Source: Narcine bancroftii
Taxonomy: Eukaryota
Direction: 5' to 3'
Assembly (NCBI RefSeq): GCF_036971445.1
Contig: NC_091476.1
Span: 23,374,001 to 23,438,000 of the forward strand
DNA: 64,000 nt
In this document: positions 51,664 to 64,000 of the stretch, one piece after another
Position numbering within the stretch: the first letter of the stretch is position 1
Layout: every line of letters begins with the position of its first letter
Translations under genes and position numbers: made by a program
The notes under the pieces: generated by a model
What the model was told of the DNA's origin: nothing
Databases searched by the model: none
The model's input: only the letters and a program-made list of their open reading frames with translations

Positions 51664-53054
51664 ATGAGTGTATTGAAACAGTTTCGATGTCACGTGGGAT
51701 TTGCATTTGCCCCTGTGATTTGGTTTTACCTTTGGGCCCAGTTTGAAGCTGCTCCAGATTTTTCAGGTAAGGGATTTTACTTGGAAATATGAATGTTAGA
51801 ATTACGTTCGGTTGTGGAGATTATGTTTTGTTTTTACACCAGGTAAGCTGGTATTGGAAGTCTTGCAAATAAAAGGTACATCAGAAAGACCTTAACGGTG
51901 AATTGCATGATGAAAGTGACAAAGAATGCAAATCCAGTACTTTCTGAAAGGTCAGCCCAGTTCATGGATGAGCTGGAAAAAGTCTATATCAGTGCCTGGG
52001 ATTCTGGGATTTTACAGAAAATAATTAATAGTAGCTGGATGAAGTTGCTGAGAAGATAGTTGATAACAGGAAATTAGGCTCGTTGCTGCATTGTACGGCA
52101 GGGAACTGAAAGGTTTTAATCTGAAACATTCTAATCAATTTTGTGGCTTGTTTCCAACCCTTGGAATGCCATAAGGTTTACAGCATAAATGGAAGGTATG
52201 TATACATTTAAATGTAACTGCTTTTGGAGATACTCAGTTTACAACTGTATATGCATTCAACCTTAATGTGATTAATTATTTTTTTTGAGATGGATAGGAG
52301 AGGATGCAGGGGTGGAGCACACCTTCCTGTAAATATTCCCGAGACTAATCTGGGAATTCAGTTTTGTTCTAGTCCATTTTTTCACATTCATCGATCCTAG
52401 TGGATGACTCAGGGAAACACTCCTTTAATATTAGTGTGTCCTTCAGAGTTTTCTAACATCATGTTGGTCATTAATTGCTTCAAGTGTTCATTTTTAGGAG
52501 TGCGCATAGGGACTGCGATTCAGTCTGAAGCTCCCCACTTCCAACGTCTAAGCATGTGCTCCTTGTAGTGGCACAGGCATTGGAAAAGGAAATGTACTTA
52601 GGATTTTCTGCTTGTGCCATATTAGTAGAAAATCATGGGATTCAGAGGTTTGCTAAAGTTGGATGCAGAACTGGAAAATCCTAGCAAAGTAACTACCTTC
52701 TCTAATGCTGGGCCAGTAGTGCAAGCTGAGTTAACGAACACAGCTGCAGAAATACCAACAAATCTGTGGAAAGAGAAACAGAATTAATGTTTCAGGTCAA
52801 AGACCTTTGTCAGTAACCTGAAGCATTAGTCCTGCTTCTCTCTCCATAGATGCTGTCTGAACTGATGATTATCTCCACCAGTTCCTGTTTATTTCAGAAT
52901 TTTAGGAGCTGCATTTATTTTGTTTTTCACATTTGCTGTGATGGTTCTTCTTAGATTCTCCAGATTAGAATACATTCATTTTAGTTTGCATTCTTTCACT
53001 TGAGTTCCAGTGCGATTGATATCATAGAAAATTCTTCCTTTGTTTGGAGAACTA

Positions 53055-53140
<86 letters not shown>

Positions 53141-56100
53141 AAGACTTTATTATTAATAGCCGATGATCTCAGAGCCTGAACATGACTGCAGAATTTACTC
53201 AGACCATTCAATTGACAAGACATATTCTGTTATTTCATCAATGCCCTTCGCTCCAATACAAGTTCAAAAGTGAAGGTGTTCAGTTCAGTTCAGTTCAGTT
53301 CAGAATTCCTCTGACAGTGTAGCCATTTCCATCACAAGTGCTTGACAACATTCGCATTTGAGCTGATAACTACAAGGAGGATTTTTACTGTAAACGTGCT
53401 AGTCAATGATCATTTGTTGCATTTCCTAAACACTACATCAATAACCCAACACCCAACCCCAACCAACCAATTTTCCCTTGCAACCGCTGCAATCGTGTCT
53501 GCCTGTCCCGCATCGGACTTGTCAGCCACAAACGAGCCTGCAGCTGACGTGGACTTTTTACCCCCTCCATAAATCTTCGTCCGCGAAGCCAAGCCAAAGA
53601 AGAACATCAATAACTACCACAGCATCAGTATTGTGAGGATCAACATTGATCAGAATTGTAACTGGAACAGCCCACAAATGCTGTAGTCACAAGATATTGT
53701 TCAACAAGAGTCTCACATCCTGATTACATAATGCCTTTGCAATATAAGCTATGTCAAGTGTGTGAAGGAATATTCTGAATTTATTGTCCTAATGAGTCTA
53801 TTTCCAGTAATATCTGAGGAACACAACTGCTCTACTATCCACATGTTACACTGGAGCAACTTGTCAAAGCTTCTTCAACTGAACTGTGACTCTATCTGTT
53901 GGTAATACAAGGCAACAGATAAGATCATAATTGCTTTCAAAGTCATGCCGTCCTGTTTCTTCATTATCTAAATTCTAGAATTCTCCACTTACATGTATCC
54001 AACCTGTTGAGAATCAAGACAACGTACACCCTTTCAAAGTGAATTAATGATGGGTAATAAATGCTGGTCTTTATAATGATAAAATATAATAAATTTATTA
54101 AATCAGGGCAGCACAGTTAACGGAGCAGTTAGCGCAACACTGTTACAGTACCAGCTACCTGGGCTCGAATCTAGTGCTGTCTCTAAGGAGTTTGTACGCT
54201 CTCCCAGTGTCTGCATGGGTTTCCTCCAGGAGCTTCAGTCTCCTTCCACTCTTCAAAAAAATGTACTGAGGGGTGTAGGTCAATTGGGTGGCTTGGCTCA
54301 TGAACTGAAAAGGCTTGTTATCATGCTGTTTGTCTAAATTAAATTAAAATTCAAAAAAATTAAATGTTACAAGCAATCTTTACTCAGGAATTCATTGAGA
54401 TATGGCTTCTCTCACAAAAGCTTTTTTTCTCACCTCCTTCTCCACTGAAAAGTGAAGCAATGTCGAATAACTTGAGCAGTACACATAAGAAAATGCTGGA
54501 GAAACTCCACAGGTCATGTGGTATTAGAACCAGAATCAGAATTTATTGCCATGAACAAATCATGAACTTTGTTGTTTTGCAGTAGCATCACATGCAAATA
54601 TTCATATAAACCACCTTACAAAAATAAATACACGAAAAATTAAAGTAAGGCATTATCTTTGGGTCATTGATCATTCAGGAATCTGATGGCAGCAGGGAAG
54701 AAGCCATCCTTGTGCCACTGAGTGCTCCTCTTTAGGCTCCTGTACCTTTTTGCCAATAGGAGAAGATAGCACACCCGCAAAGGATTGTTCAAAGTTGTAC
54801 AAATTGATTAATGTATGTACAAGAACTACAATTGCGTAAAGTTTAGGGAATAGGTTTACGCTATGACAGTAAAATGAAAGCTAAAAGATTTTGTGAAAGA
54901 ATAGTATTTATGATTTCCTCTTCACAGGTTCGGAGAAGATATGCACTAATTCTTTCAGTGATCTGTTTTTATTAACTAGGCTACCTTCTGAAGATTCTGC
55001 AAAACCACACACTGCATGCCTGTGATGGGGATCAGTTCTCAATAAACTGTCCACCTCACACATCCATCAGCATCCTGTCCGCTTTCTATGGTCGACGTGT
55101 TCCCAGTGAGCATCTATGCTCCAGCAGCAGAAATGCATTAGCTGAAAGCACCAAATGTGCTGCTCTCACAGCAATACCGGTGGGTAAACGTCATCCAGAT
55201 TGACAAGGCACTTCATTGAAAAATCCGTAAACAACAATTACTGAGTGAAATTTCATCTATGAAAATGTATCTTTTACACAGTGGAAGGGAATTTGTTTTG
55301 CAATATCCTTTTAACACACATTTGTTTCCAGATGTGGCTCAAACACTGAAAAAGTAAAATGGAATTTCATATGTCAGAATATTTGGCTCCAGACTTATCA
55401 ATGGTGCTGAGTTGACTGTAAGGAGGTGGTGAGGTGGGGGCAAGGGGGCTATAGCCACAGAGATCACGATGGGCTAACTTTGCTCTACATTATTTCTGAG
55501 GAGCTATTTTCCTTCTGACGCTGCAAAAAAAAAAGTGGTGAATCAACTTTAATTCTTTTCCTGGCCTAGATGCCATCACTTGTCAAGGGCATGTGTTGGG
55601 CAGTAAGGTATTCCCTGAGTACTAATTGTGGCAGGCTGTACCAAAGGAAAACACAGACACAAATTGTTTGGGGCAACACAGCTTTATTTCACTCATATAA
55701 AGATCTAGTTGGCTGCTAGCTGTGCTCACAGCAATCCCAAGGGGGGAGAGAGAGAGCACACGGTTGGGACTTTGGCTTTATACCATGGGTCCTCTGGACC
55801 CACCTGGAGGTCAGATGCCATTAGGCTGGGTGCTGTGTCTCTAGGCCACCTGGTGGCCGAGTGATGTACCACAGCATATCATCACTCTAACAATATGTGT
55901 TAAATGACTTGTTTCAGTCTGTTTTGGCTGAGTATAACAATCACAGGTGTATTTTGTATATTAGGTCATAAAAAAAGATTGTGTAATGCACTGGCTCAGT
56001 TTCACCAATTTGCTCATAAACCAGAGGTCAGTGTATATGTAGGATACTCCTTTGGTGCAAAAACATGCAGGCACACAACCAGACATAAACATACATATAG

Positions 56101-57753
56101 ACAAACAATACATATGCAGGATAAGTATTCTATCTATAAAAACAAACATTGTTTTGTACAAATGAAAGTCTCATATGTTTAGCAATTCCTTCGGTTGTTC
56201 AGTATTCTCACAGGCTGTGGAAAGAAACTGTTCCTCAGCCTGGATGAGCTGGTTCTGATACCCCTGCATATCTTCCCTGTTGGGAGCAGCTGAAAAATGC
56301 TGTGTGCAAGGTGGAAGGGGTCCTCAATGATTTTGCGCATCCTCTTCAGACAACGATCCTGGTAGATCACGTTGGGGGAGGGGGGGGTGGTGGGGACGAC
56401 TCCAGTCACCATCTCTGCCACTTTTATGGTCCTGTGGATTGACCTCTGATCCATTTCTCTGCATCAACCATACCTCACTATGTTGTATCTGGCCGGGATG
56501 CTCTCGAAAGAGCTCCTATAGAAGGATGACATAATGGTGGCTGATAGCCTTGCCCCCTGCAGTCTTCTCAGGAATGCAGTAATTGTTGCACCTTCCTAAC
56601 AAGTGGGGATATGTTAAGTATCCACGATAGGTAACTAGTTAACTGAACTCCAAGAAATTTCTGCTCTCCACTCTCTCCACCAGAGTGTTGATATTTAGTG
56701 GAGGGTGGTACCTTGTCCTCCTGAAGTCCACGATCATCTCCTTCAACTTGTCCACATTTTGTCTGAGATAGTCTGATTTTGTTGGGATCTTATGGAAAAA
56801 TAAACTTGAGAAAAATCTGTTTATAGCACTCCAATTATAGCTTAGTGCACCATAATTTGTCTTGTTTTCCAATAATGCTTGTATGTTTCTTTGTACAGAA
56901 AGTGTCTGATGAGTGTCAGGAACAGCACTCCTGTCAGTTTACAGTCAACAGTCGAGTATTTGGTCCTGATCCTTGTCCTGGGACCAGTAAATATCTAATT
57001 GTTTCATTCAAATGCAAACCTGGTGAGTAAATAATACATTTGTGCATTTTAGCAACTCTGTTTGATTTCACATAGTTCCATCCTCAAGTTAATTGTGTCA
57101 TATGCCCAAAAGCTCAGTAGTTAGAGGACTGCTCTTTTAAACTGGGGTCATGAGTTCATTCCTTGTTGGAGCCTCATTTCTGTGAGGGGCGCTGGACAAA
57201 GTGGTGACTCTCTGTCTTCCTTCTGGTAGACAAAGTTGAAGAATTTCATTTATGTTACATTCTAAATGTAGTGTTACGTGACAATAATGGAAATTTTGCC
57301 CTTTTACATCAGTTATTGACAATAGTTACTACTTTAATGCGGTCACCCTTTTAAGAATTTTCTTGTGGTTTGTTATTTTAAATTGCTGATAATTTTCTAT
57401 ATCTTATGGGAGGATGGTTAATTTATTGAAGTGAATTGAGATGCTTAATAAATATCCAGTTGGAAGCACAGATTTTGTAACATTCTCAAAATTATTTAAG
57501 TGCACCTCGCAGACAGACACACTATTCCTACATCTCCAATGAAAACGAGCTTAGATCACTTTGCAAACATTTGCAGATCTTTAGTGTGTTTGTGTTTCAG
57601 ATGGACACAGCAGCGAGCTGGTGTGCGAGAATGAGAAATTACATCTCCAGTGTAAGAACCAAGACATCCTTGTCATTTACACTGCAAATTTTGGGCGAGC
57701 TCTTCATGGGAATATGGAATGTCCCACAGTGAACAGCACGATACCTGACATTG
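51664..57753 (+). CDS. Protein eva-1 homolog C-like (SUEL/rhamnose-binding lectin domains), 5' part only; join(51664..51766,54980..55179,56899..57022,57601..57753), continues beyond the window
   Basis: A signal-peptide-like exon ending AAPDFS/G is followed by YLLKILQNHTLHACDGD..CP..SAFYGRRVPS, KVSDECQ..CQFTVNSRVFGPDPCPGTSKYLIVSFKCKP and VCENEKLHLQC..YTANFGR. The phases (1,0,1,1) are consistent. Whether it is the EVA1C orthologue or a paralogue is unresolved. Confidence 0.88.
53056..53134. repeat. (CA)n microsatellite
   Basis: Directly visible, with one interruption. Confidence 0.97.
53446..53603 (+). mobile_element. RTE-clade LINE 3' fragment with an 11-bp TSD
   Basis: TSD ACATCAATAAC at 53435-53445 and 53604-53614, plus the family terminus. 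Confidence 0.92.
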
Positions 57754-58577
57754 GTGAGCCTGCAGACAGAGACTACAATTGAACTATTCTTTCCCAGCAT
57801 TTTGGTTTCTGATTTCCATCATCTGCAGAATTTTAGTTGCCTAATCACTTTTCAGGAGAAAAGATGCTGAATATTCATCAGGATTATTTGGCTCTGTTAA
57901 CATCCTTACTGAGACCAGGCATTGCAGTAGGCTCAGAGTGCAGGAATTGGGAGTTCTTCAGATCAAATGGCTTATTTACTCACTTGATGCAAGGTGGAAG
58001 GGGTCCTCAATGATTCTGCGCATCCTCTTCAGACAACGATCCTGGTAGATCACGTTGGGGGGGGGGGGTGGGAACGACTCCAGTCACCATCTCTGGCACT
58101 TTTATGGTCCTGTGGATTGACCTCTGATCCATTTCTCTACATCAACCATACCTCACTATGTTGCAGCTGGCCGGGATGCTCTCGAAAGTGCTCCTATAGA
58201 AGGATGACATAATTGTGGCTGGTAGCCTTGCCCCCTGCAGTCTTCTCAGGAATTGCACATTTCAAATAAATAATTATGTGCTTTATTTAAAATTCAATCC
58301 GCAATTCTTTTGGTTGTTTCATAACACAACTGTTTGCTGAAATGTCAGGGCAATGAAATAGATGTTCAATGAAATTGGATTCTTTCAACAGACAAGTTAT
58401 AAAATATGAAGTCATTTTAAAAGTGTCATTAGCTGGGTGTGTGTGAATAAGGACAGCATTCTGTGAAAATGAGAGAACCGTTGAGTCATCATTAGTCAGT
58501 GAGATAATCTGCTAATTCAGTATTTCCACAAGAAACATTCAGAGAGTACAGATCCATAAAAACTTGGAAAATAGAAG

Positions 58578-61500
58578 GAAGGAGGAGTCACGTGATGGAG
58601 TAGTGGCCGGACGGTGAACTCCAGCCCTCTCCAGAAAAGTCAAAAAAACAAAGAAAAACACAAAGGCACAGAAATAAAAGTTAAAGAAAAGTGAGTATAA
58701 AGGTGGAAAGAAGATGGCGACAAAAAAAAGAAAAATCAAAATCAACGGTAAGAAGAGAGGAAGAGAAGACAACGGAGGAAGAAGGAGAAGGCCTTACCTG
58801 TTCGAAGAGGCCCGCGGTGGAGAGAGAAACCCGCTCCCTCAGGTCGGTAGAAAGTGGACTACAAAAATGGCTCGTTGAGCCGAGTAAAAGTGCGCAACCG
58901 CGCATGAAAAAAAAAACACATCGACGGGAGGGGTGACCAGCTGGGGAGTCGATCTCCACAGCCGGCAACGACAGCTGCAGAACACCTGCAGCAAGAAGAG
59001 AACACAGAAGACAATGAAAACAAGAAAGAAGAGAAGAAAAGGGCAACAAAGAAACAACAGATGGCCAACCCAGAGGAAGAAGGGGAAGAGGAAGAGTACA
59101 GTGAAATAGAAGAAGAAGGGAAAGGCAAGATAAAGGATATACTTTCTCTTGTTAGAGGATACATGGAGTCATTTAAAGAATGGCAGACACAGGAATTTAA
59201 TGATTTAAGAAGAAGAATAAACAACACAGAAGAGAAAATGAACAAAATAGATATGACCTTAACAGAAATGGGAAAGAAAATGGACAAGATGGAAGAGCGG
59301 GCAGTAGCAGCAGAAATGGAGGCAGAAGACTTAAAAAAGAAATTGGAGGAATCTAATAAAAAAGCTATAGAGACACAAGAACTACTAGCTCAAAAAATAG
59401 ATATAATGGAAAATTATAACAGAAGAAATAACATAAAGATAGTGGGCCTTAAGGAAGATGAAGAAGGCAAGAATATGAGGGAGTTTATAAAAGATTGGAT
59501 CCCTAAGACCCTAGGATGTCCAGAACTACAGCAAGAAATGGAAATAGAAAGGGCACATAGAGCATTGGCCTCTAAACCACAACCACAATAAAAACCAAGA
59601 TCTATTTTAGTAAAATTCCTAAGATATACTACAAGAGAAAAGGTACTGGAGAAGACAATGGAAAAAGTAAGAGAGGGCAACAAACCACTGGAGTATAAAG
59701 GGCAAAAAATCTTCATTTATCCAGATATAAGTTTTGAACTCCTAAAGAAGAGAAAGGAGTTCAATACAGCAAAGGCGATTTTATGGAAGAAAGGGTATAA
59801 ATTTATACTAAAGCATCTAGCGGTATTGAAAATATTTATTCCAGGACAACAAAACAGACTATTCTCGGATCCAGAAGAAGCACGAAAATTTGCAGAACAA
59901 TTACAAAATAGACTGAGGGATGAAGACGTGTAATGAGAGTAAAAATGACCACGATTTATATGTATGTGGGTAAAGAGGTATAAGTGTGTATATGTATAAT
60001 GTGCATACGTGAATGTATCCGTATTTAGAGGAAAATATAGATAGTATAGACAAGAATTAATAAGGGAAGGAAATGGAATAGAGGGAATAAGGAGGGAACT
60101 AAAAGAGTGACCTTTGTTACATATGAAAAGTGAAATCTTTTCTGGGGGGGCTGGGTGGGGAGGAGAGTTGCGGTCACTGCAAAATCAGCTGACGCTTGCG
60201 AGTGAATTCGCAAACCCAAATGGAGAGGGGAGATGTGGTTGTCCGACAAGGGATAAAGGACAACTCAGGAGGGGAAGGGGAGATTGGGGTGAAAGAAGTT
60301 TTAAATAGGAGAATAAGGAAAATGTTTGATGTTTTAGGAATGTTGTCTTATAAAGGGTTTAAAATAAGAAAACAGAAATGGAAAAGGAGGAAAGGTAATG
60401 ATGGAAAAACGGAAAGGGAAGATAAACAAAGTATAAAATGGCTACGTTGAACTATATGACTTTAAATATTAATGGAATACATAACCAAATTAAAAGGAAG
60501 AAACTGCTAAATTTACTGAAAAAAGAAAAAATTGATATAGCATTTGTGCAAGAAACACACTTAACTGAATTGGAGCACAAGAAATTAAAGAGAGATTGGG
60601 TAGGACATGTAACAGCAGCATCGTATAATTCAAAAGCAAGAGGAGTGGCTATATTAATTAGTAAAAATGTGCCATTTAAAATAGAAGAGGAAATAATAGA
60701 TCCAGCAGGGAGATATGTAATGATAAAATGTCAGATATATTCGGAGTTTTGGAATCTACTCAATGTATATTCACCTAACGAAGAAGATCAAAAGTTTATG
60801 CAAGATATCTTTTTGAAGGTAGCAAATACGCAAGGGAACATATTAATAGGAGGGGATTTCAACCTGAATTTGGATTCAAATATGGATAAAACTGGGAAAA
60901 AAATTAACAGAAAGAACAAAGTAACCAAATTTATAATTAAATCAATGGAAGAAATGAAACTTTTGGATATATGGAGGAAACAACACCCAAAAGAAAAGGA
61001 ATACTCATATTACTCGGCTAGACATAAAACATACTCAAGAATAGACCTATTTTTGTTATCAGCTAGTATGCAAGATAGAGTAAGAAAAACAGAATATAAA
61101 GCTAGAATACTATCGGACCATTCACCCTTAATATTGACAGTAAAGCTAGAGGACATCCCTCCAAGAATGTATAGATGGAGATTAAACCCCATGTTACTTA
61201 AAAGGCAGGATTTTAGAGAATTTATTGAAAAACAAATAAAAATGTATTTTGAAATAAATACGGAATCAGTAGAAGACTGAATAGTAGAAATACAAGAGAT
61301 AATAAAAAAATTACCAAATAATAAGACACCAGGAGAGGATGGATTCCCAATAGAATTCTACAAAACATTTAAAGACTTATTAATTCCGCCCCTCCTGGAT
61401 GTAATCAACCAGATTGATGAAACACAAAGCTTACCAGATTCATGTAAAACAGCAATAATTACAGTAATACTAAAGCAAGGGAAAGATCCACTCTCACCAG

Positions 61501-63970
61501 CGTCATATAGACCAATATCTTTACTAAACACAGATTATAAGATAATAGCTAAACTATTAGCAAACAGATTAGCAGAGCATGTACCGAAAATGGTAAATTT
61601 AGACCAAACTGGATTTATCAAAAAAAGATGCACAACAGACAATATTTGTAAATTTATTAACTTAATTCATGCAGTAGAAGGAAATAAAGCACCTACAGTA
61701 GCAGTTGCTTTAGACGCAGAGAAGGCCTTTGACAGAGTAGAATGGAATTATTTGTTCAAAGTATTGCAAAAATTCAATTTACCGGAGAAGTATATTAATT
61801 GGATTAAAACTTTATATAAGGGACCGTTAGCGAAAGTGACAGTAAATGGACATGTATCAAAGCAATTTAACTTAAGCAGATCAACGTGGCAGGGATGCCC
61901 ACTATCACCTTTATTGTTTGCGTTAGCTATAGAACCACTAGCAGAATTGATAAGAATAGATAATAATATAAAAGGAATAAAAATAAAAGACAAGGAATAT
62001 AAAATCAGTCTATTTGCGGATGATGTTATAGTGTACTTAACAGAACCAGAACTATCAATAAAAGAATTATATAAGAAATTGAAGGAATATGGAGAAGTGT
62101 CGGGTTACAAGATAAACGTAAATAAAAGTGAAGCAATGCCTATGAATAATGCGGATTTCTCAAAATTTAAGAAGGAATCTCCATTTAGATGGCAAATGCA
62201 GGCAATAAGATACCTAGGTGTACAAATAAACAAAAATCTCGGCCAACTATATAAACTCAATTATTATCCACTAATGAAAAAATTACAGGACGATTTAGAG
62301 CATTGGAAAGATTTGCCACTAACACTAATAGGAAGGATAAACTGTATTAAAATGAACATTTTTCCAAGGATATTATACTTATTCCAGGCATTGCCAATAC
62401 AACTGACAGAAAAATTCTTTAAGGAGTTGAAGAAAATAATAAGGAAATTTTTATGGAGAGGGGGGGAAACCGAGGATAGCACTAGATAAATTAACAGAAT
62501 GGTATGAAGAAGGAGGCTTACAACTGCCAAACTTTAAAAATTATTATAGAGCCACACAATTAAGATACCTATCAGATTTTTATCAAACAAGGGAAAAACC
62601 AGACTGGACGAGATTAGAATTAGATAAAATAGGGGAAAAGATACCTGAACACATATTATATAAATGGGATGAAAAATTGGTACAACATAGAAGTTCTCCA
62701 GTATTACATCATCTCCTCAATATTTGGAAGAAGATTCATGTAGAAAGAAATAAAACAAATTATCAATTACCAAAACTAATATTGACGCAAAACAAGTTAC
62801 TCCCTTTTACAATAGATAACCTTTCCTTTAGAGAATGGGAAAAAAAAGGGATTAAAAGAATAGAAAATTGTTTTTCAGGAAATAGATTCTTATCCTTTGA
62901 ACAAATGTACAATATAACTCAAGATACAGCACTGGCATATTACCAATTGAGATCCTACTTGAAGGATAAATTAGGAAGCAGTTTGAGTTTGCCAGAGGCA
63001 AGAAACCTTGAATATGTGATTACAGATACAATGATAATCAAAAGATTTATAACAAATATGTATATTAAACTGCAAGAAAAGGAGAATGAGGTAACAAATG
63101 GTAAAACTAAACAAAAATGGGAACAAGATTTAAATATAAAGATAAAAAAGGAAACATGGGAGAAATTATGTTCTGGAACGATGAGAAATACAATAAATAT
63201 GAGGCTACGTATGATACAATATAACTGGATACACAGACTATACATTACGCCTCAAAAGTTAAATAAATGGGACCCAACAGTATCTGATAGATGTTTTCGA
63301 TGTAAAAAAGAAATGGGAACAACAATTCATGCAATCTGGACATGTGAGAAAGTAGAAAAATTTTGGGAAGATCTCAATCAGATATTAAATAAAATAACAG
63401 AAAACAATATACCAAAGAATCCAGAGATCTTTCTCCTAAGTAACATAAAAGACAAAGAATTTGGAATTGATTTGGAGGATGCACAAAAAAGATTTGTTAA
63501 GATAGCTCTAGCTGTAGCAAAAAAATGTATTATGTCAACCTGGAAATTGGAAGATAATTTGAAAATACAACAATGGTATATAGAAATGAATAAATGTATT
63601 CCATTAGAAAAAATAACATATAGTTTAAGAAATAATATGGAAATATTCGAACAAATATGGGAGCCTTACATTAAATACAATAGCGAAAACCTACCGGGGA
63701 CAATCATTACCTAAGTTGATGGAAGGAAAAGGAAAGAAAAGAATGGACTCAGTAGAATTTCTGGTGTATTTTTGTTGAGTGACAACATTGTCTGACTGGT
63801 TTAATGTATCCTAGATTGTATACCTTAAATGGATGGGAGGGGGGGTGGGTTGGGAGGAGGGAGGTGGGGGGGGGAGAAAATGTCACTGTATATGTGTGAA
63901 AAGGAAAAAGTGTGTATCATGACTAATGTGATTTATGGTGTGAAAAATAAAAAATTTAAAAAAAAAGAAA
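58578..63970 (+). mobile_element. Near-full-length L1 LINE with disrupted ORF1 (about 58714-59933) and ORF2 (60438-63714: APE endonuclease, RT, CCHC), and an internal deletion
   Basis: ORF1 coiled coil and RRNNIKIVGL; endonuclease LNING, QETH, GGDFN and SDHSP; RT QGCPLSP and LFADD; CFRC..H..WTC. G-rich 3' UTR, AATAAA at 63946 and an A tail. TSD GAAAATAGAAG at 58567-58577 and 63971-63981. Confidence 0.96.
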
Positions 63971-64000
63971 GAAAATAGAAGATCAGGCTATTCTGTTCTT

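Noticed and set aside
55627-55873. Possible minus-strand solo LTR (TGTGG...CCACA)
   Set aside because: The flanks TAAT and GCAT do not form a TSD, so it cannot be supported without a search.

Overview
Vertebrate genomic DNA. The repeat content (tRNA-derived SINEs, CR1, Rex/Babar-like, GIY-YIG Penelope, L1, RTE) suggests a cartilaginous fish such as a ray; this is inference. Four spliced protein-coding genes lie on the + strand, assembled by hand from GT-AG exons with consistent phases: CCNB3 (11 coding exons, 408 aa), an intron-containing MARS2 (3 exons, about 625 aa), RAB33A (2 exons, 232 aa) and the first four coding exons of an EVA1C-like SUEL-lectin gene, whose intron carries a near-full-length L1 with an 11-bp TSD. 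The remaining sequence is nested transposons and tandem repeats. Main points of interest: intron-bearing MARS2 between two genes that are X-linked in humans; a probable EVA1C paralogue; decayed Penelope hammerhead-ribozyme motifs with a shared core variant, including a palindromic pair; a young RTE family; a composite hAT MITE; a minisatellite that arose inside a LINE; and a solo LTR just upstream of the MARS2 promoter. No prokaryote-type system (CRISPR, operon) is present. All coordinates were counted by eye, and repeat boundaries are approximate.
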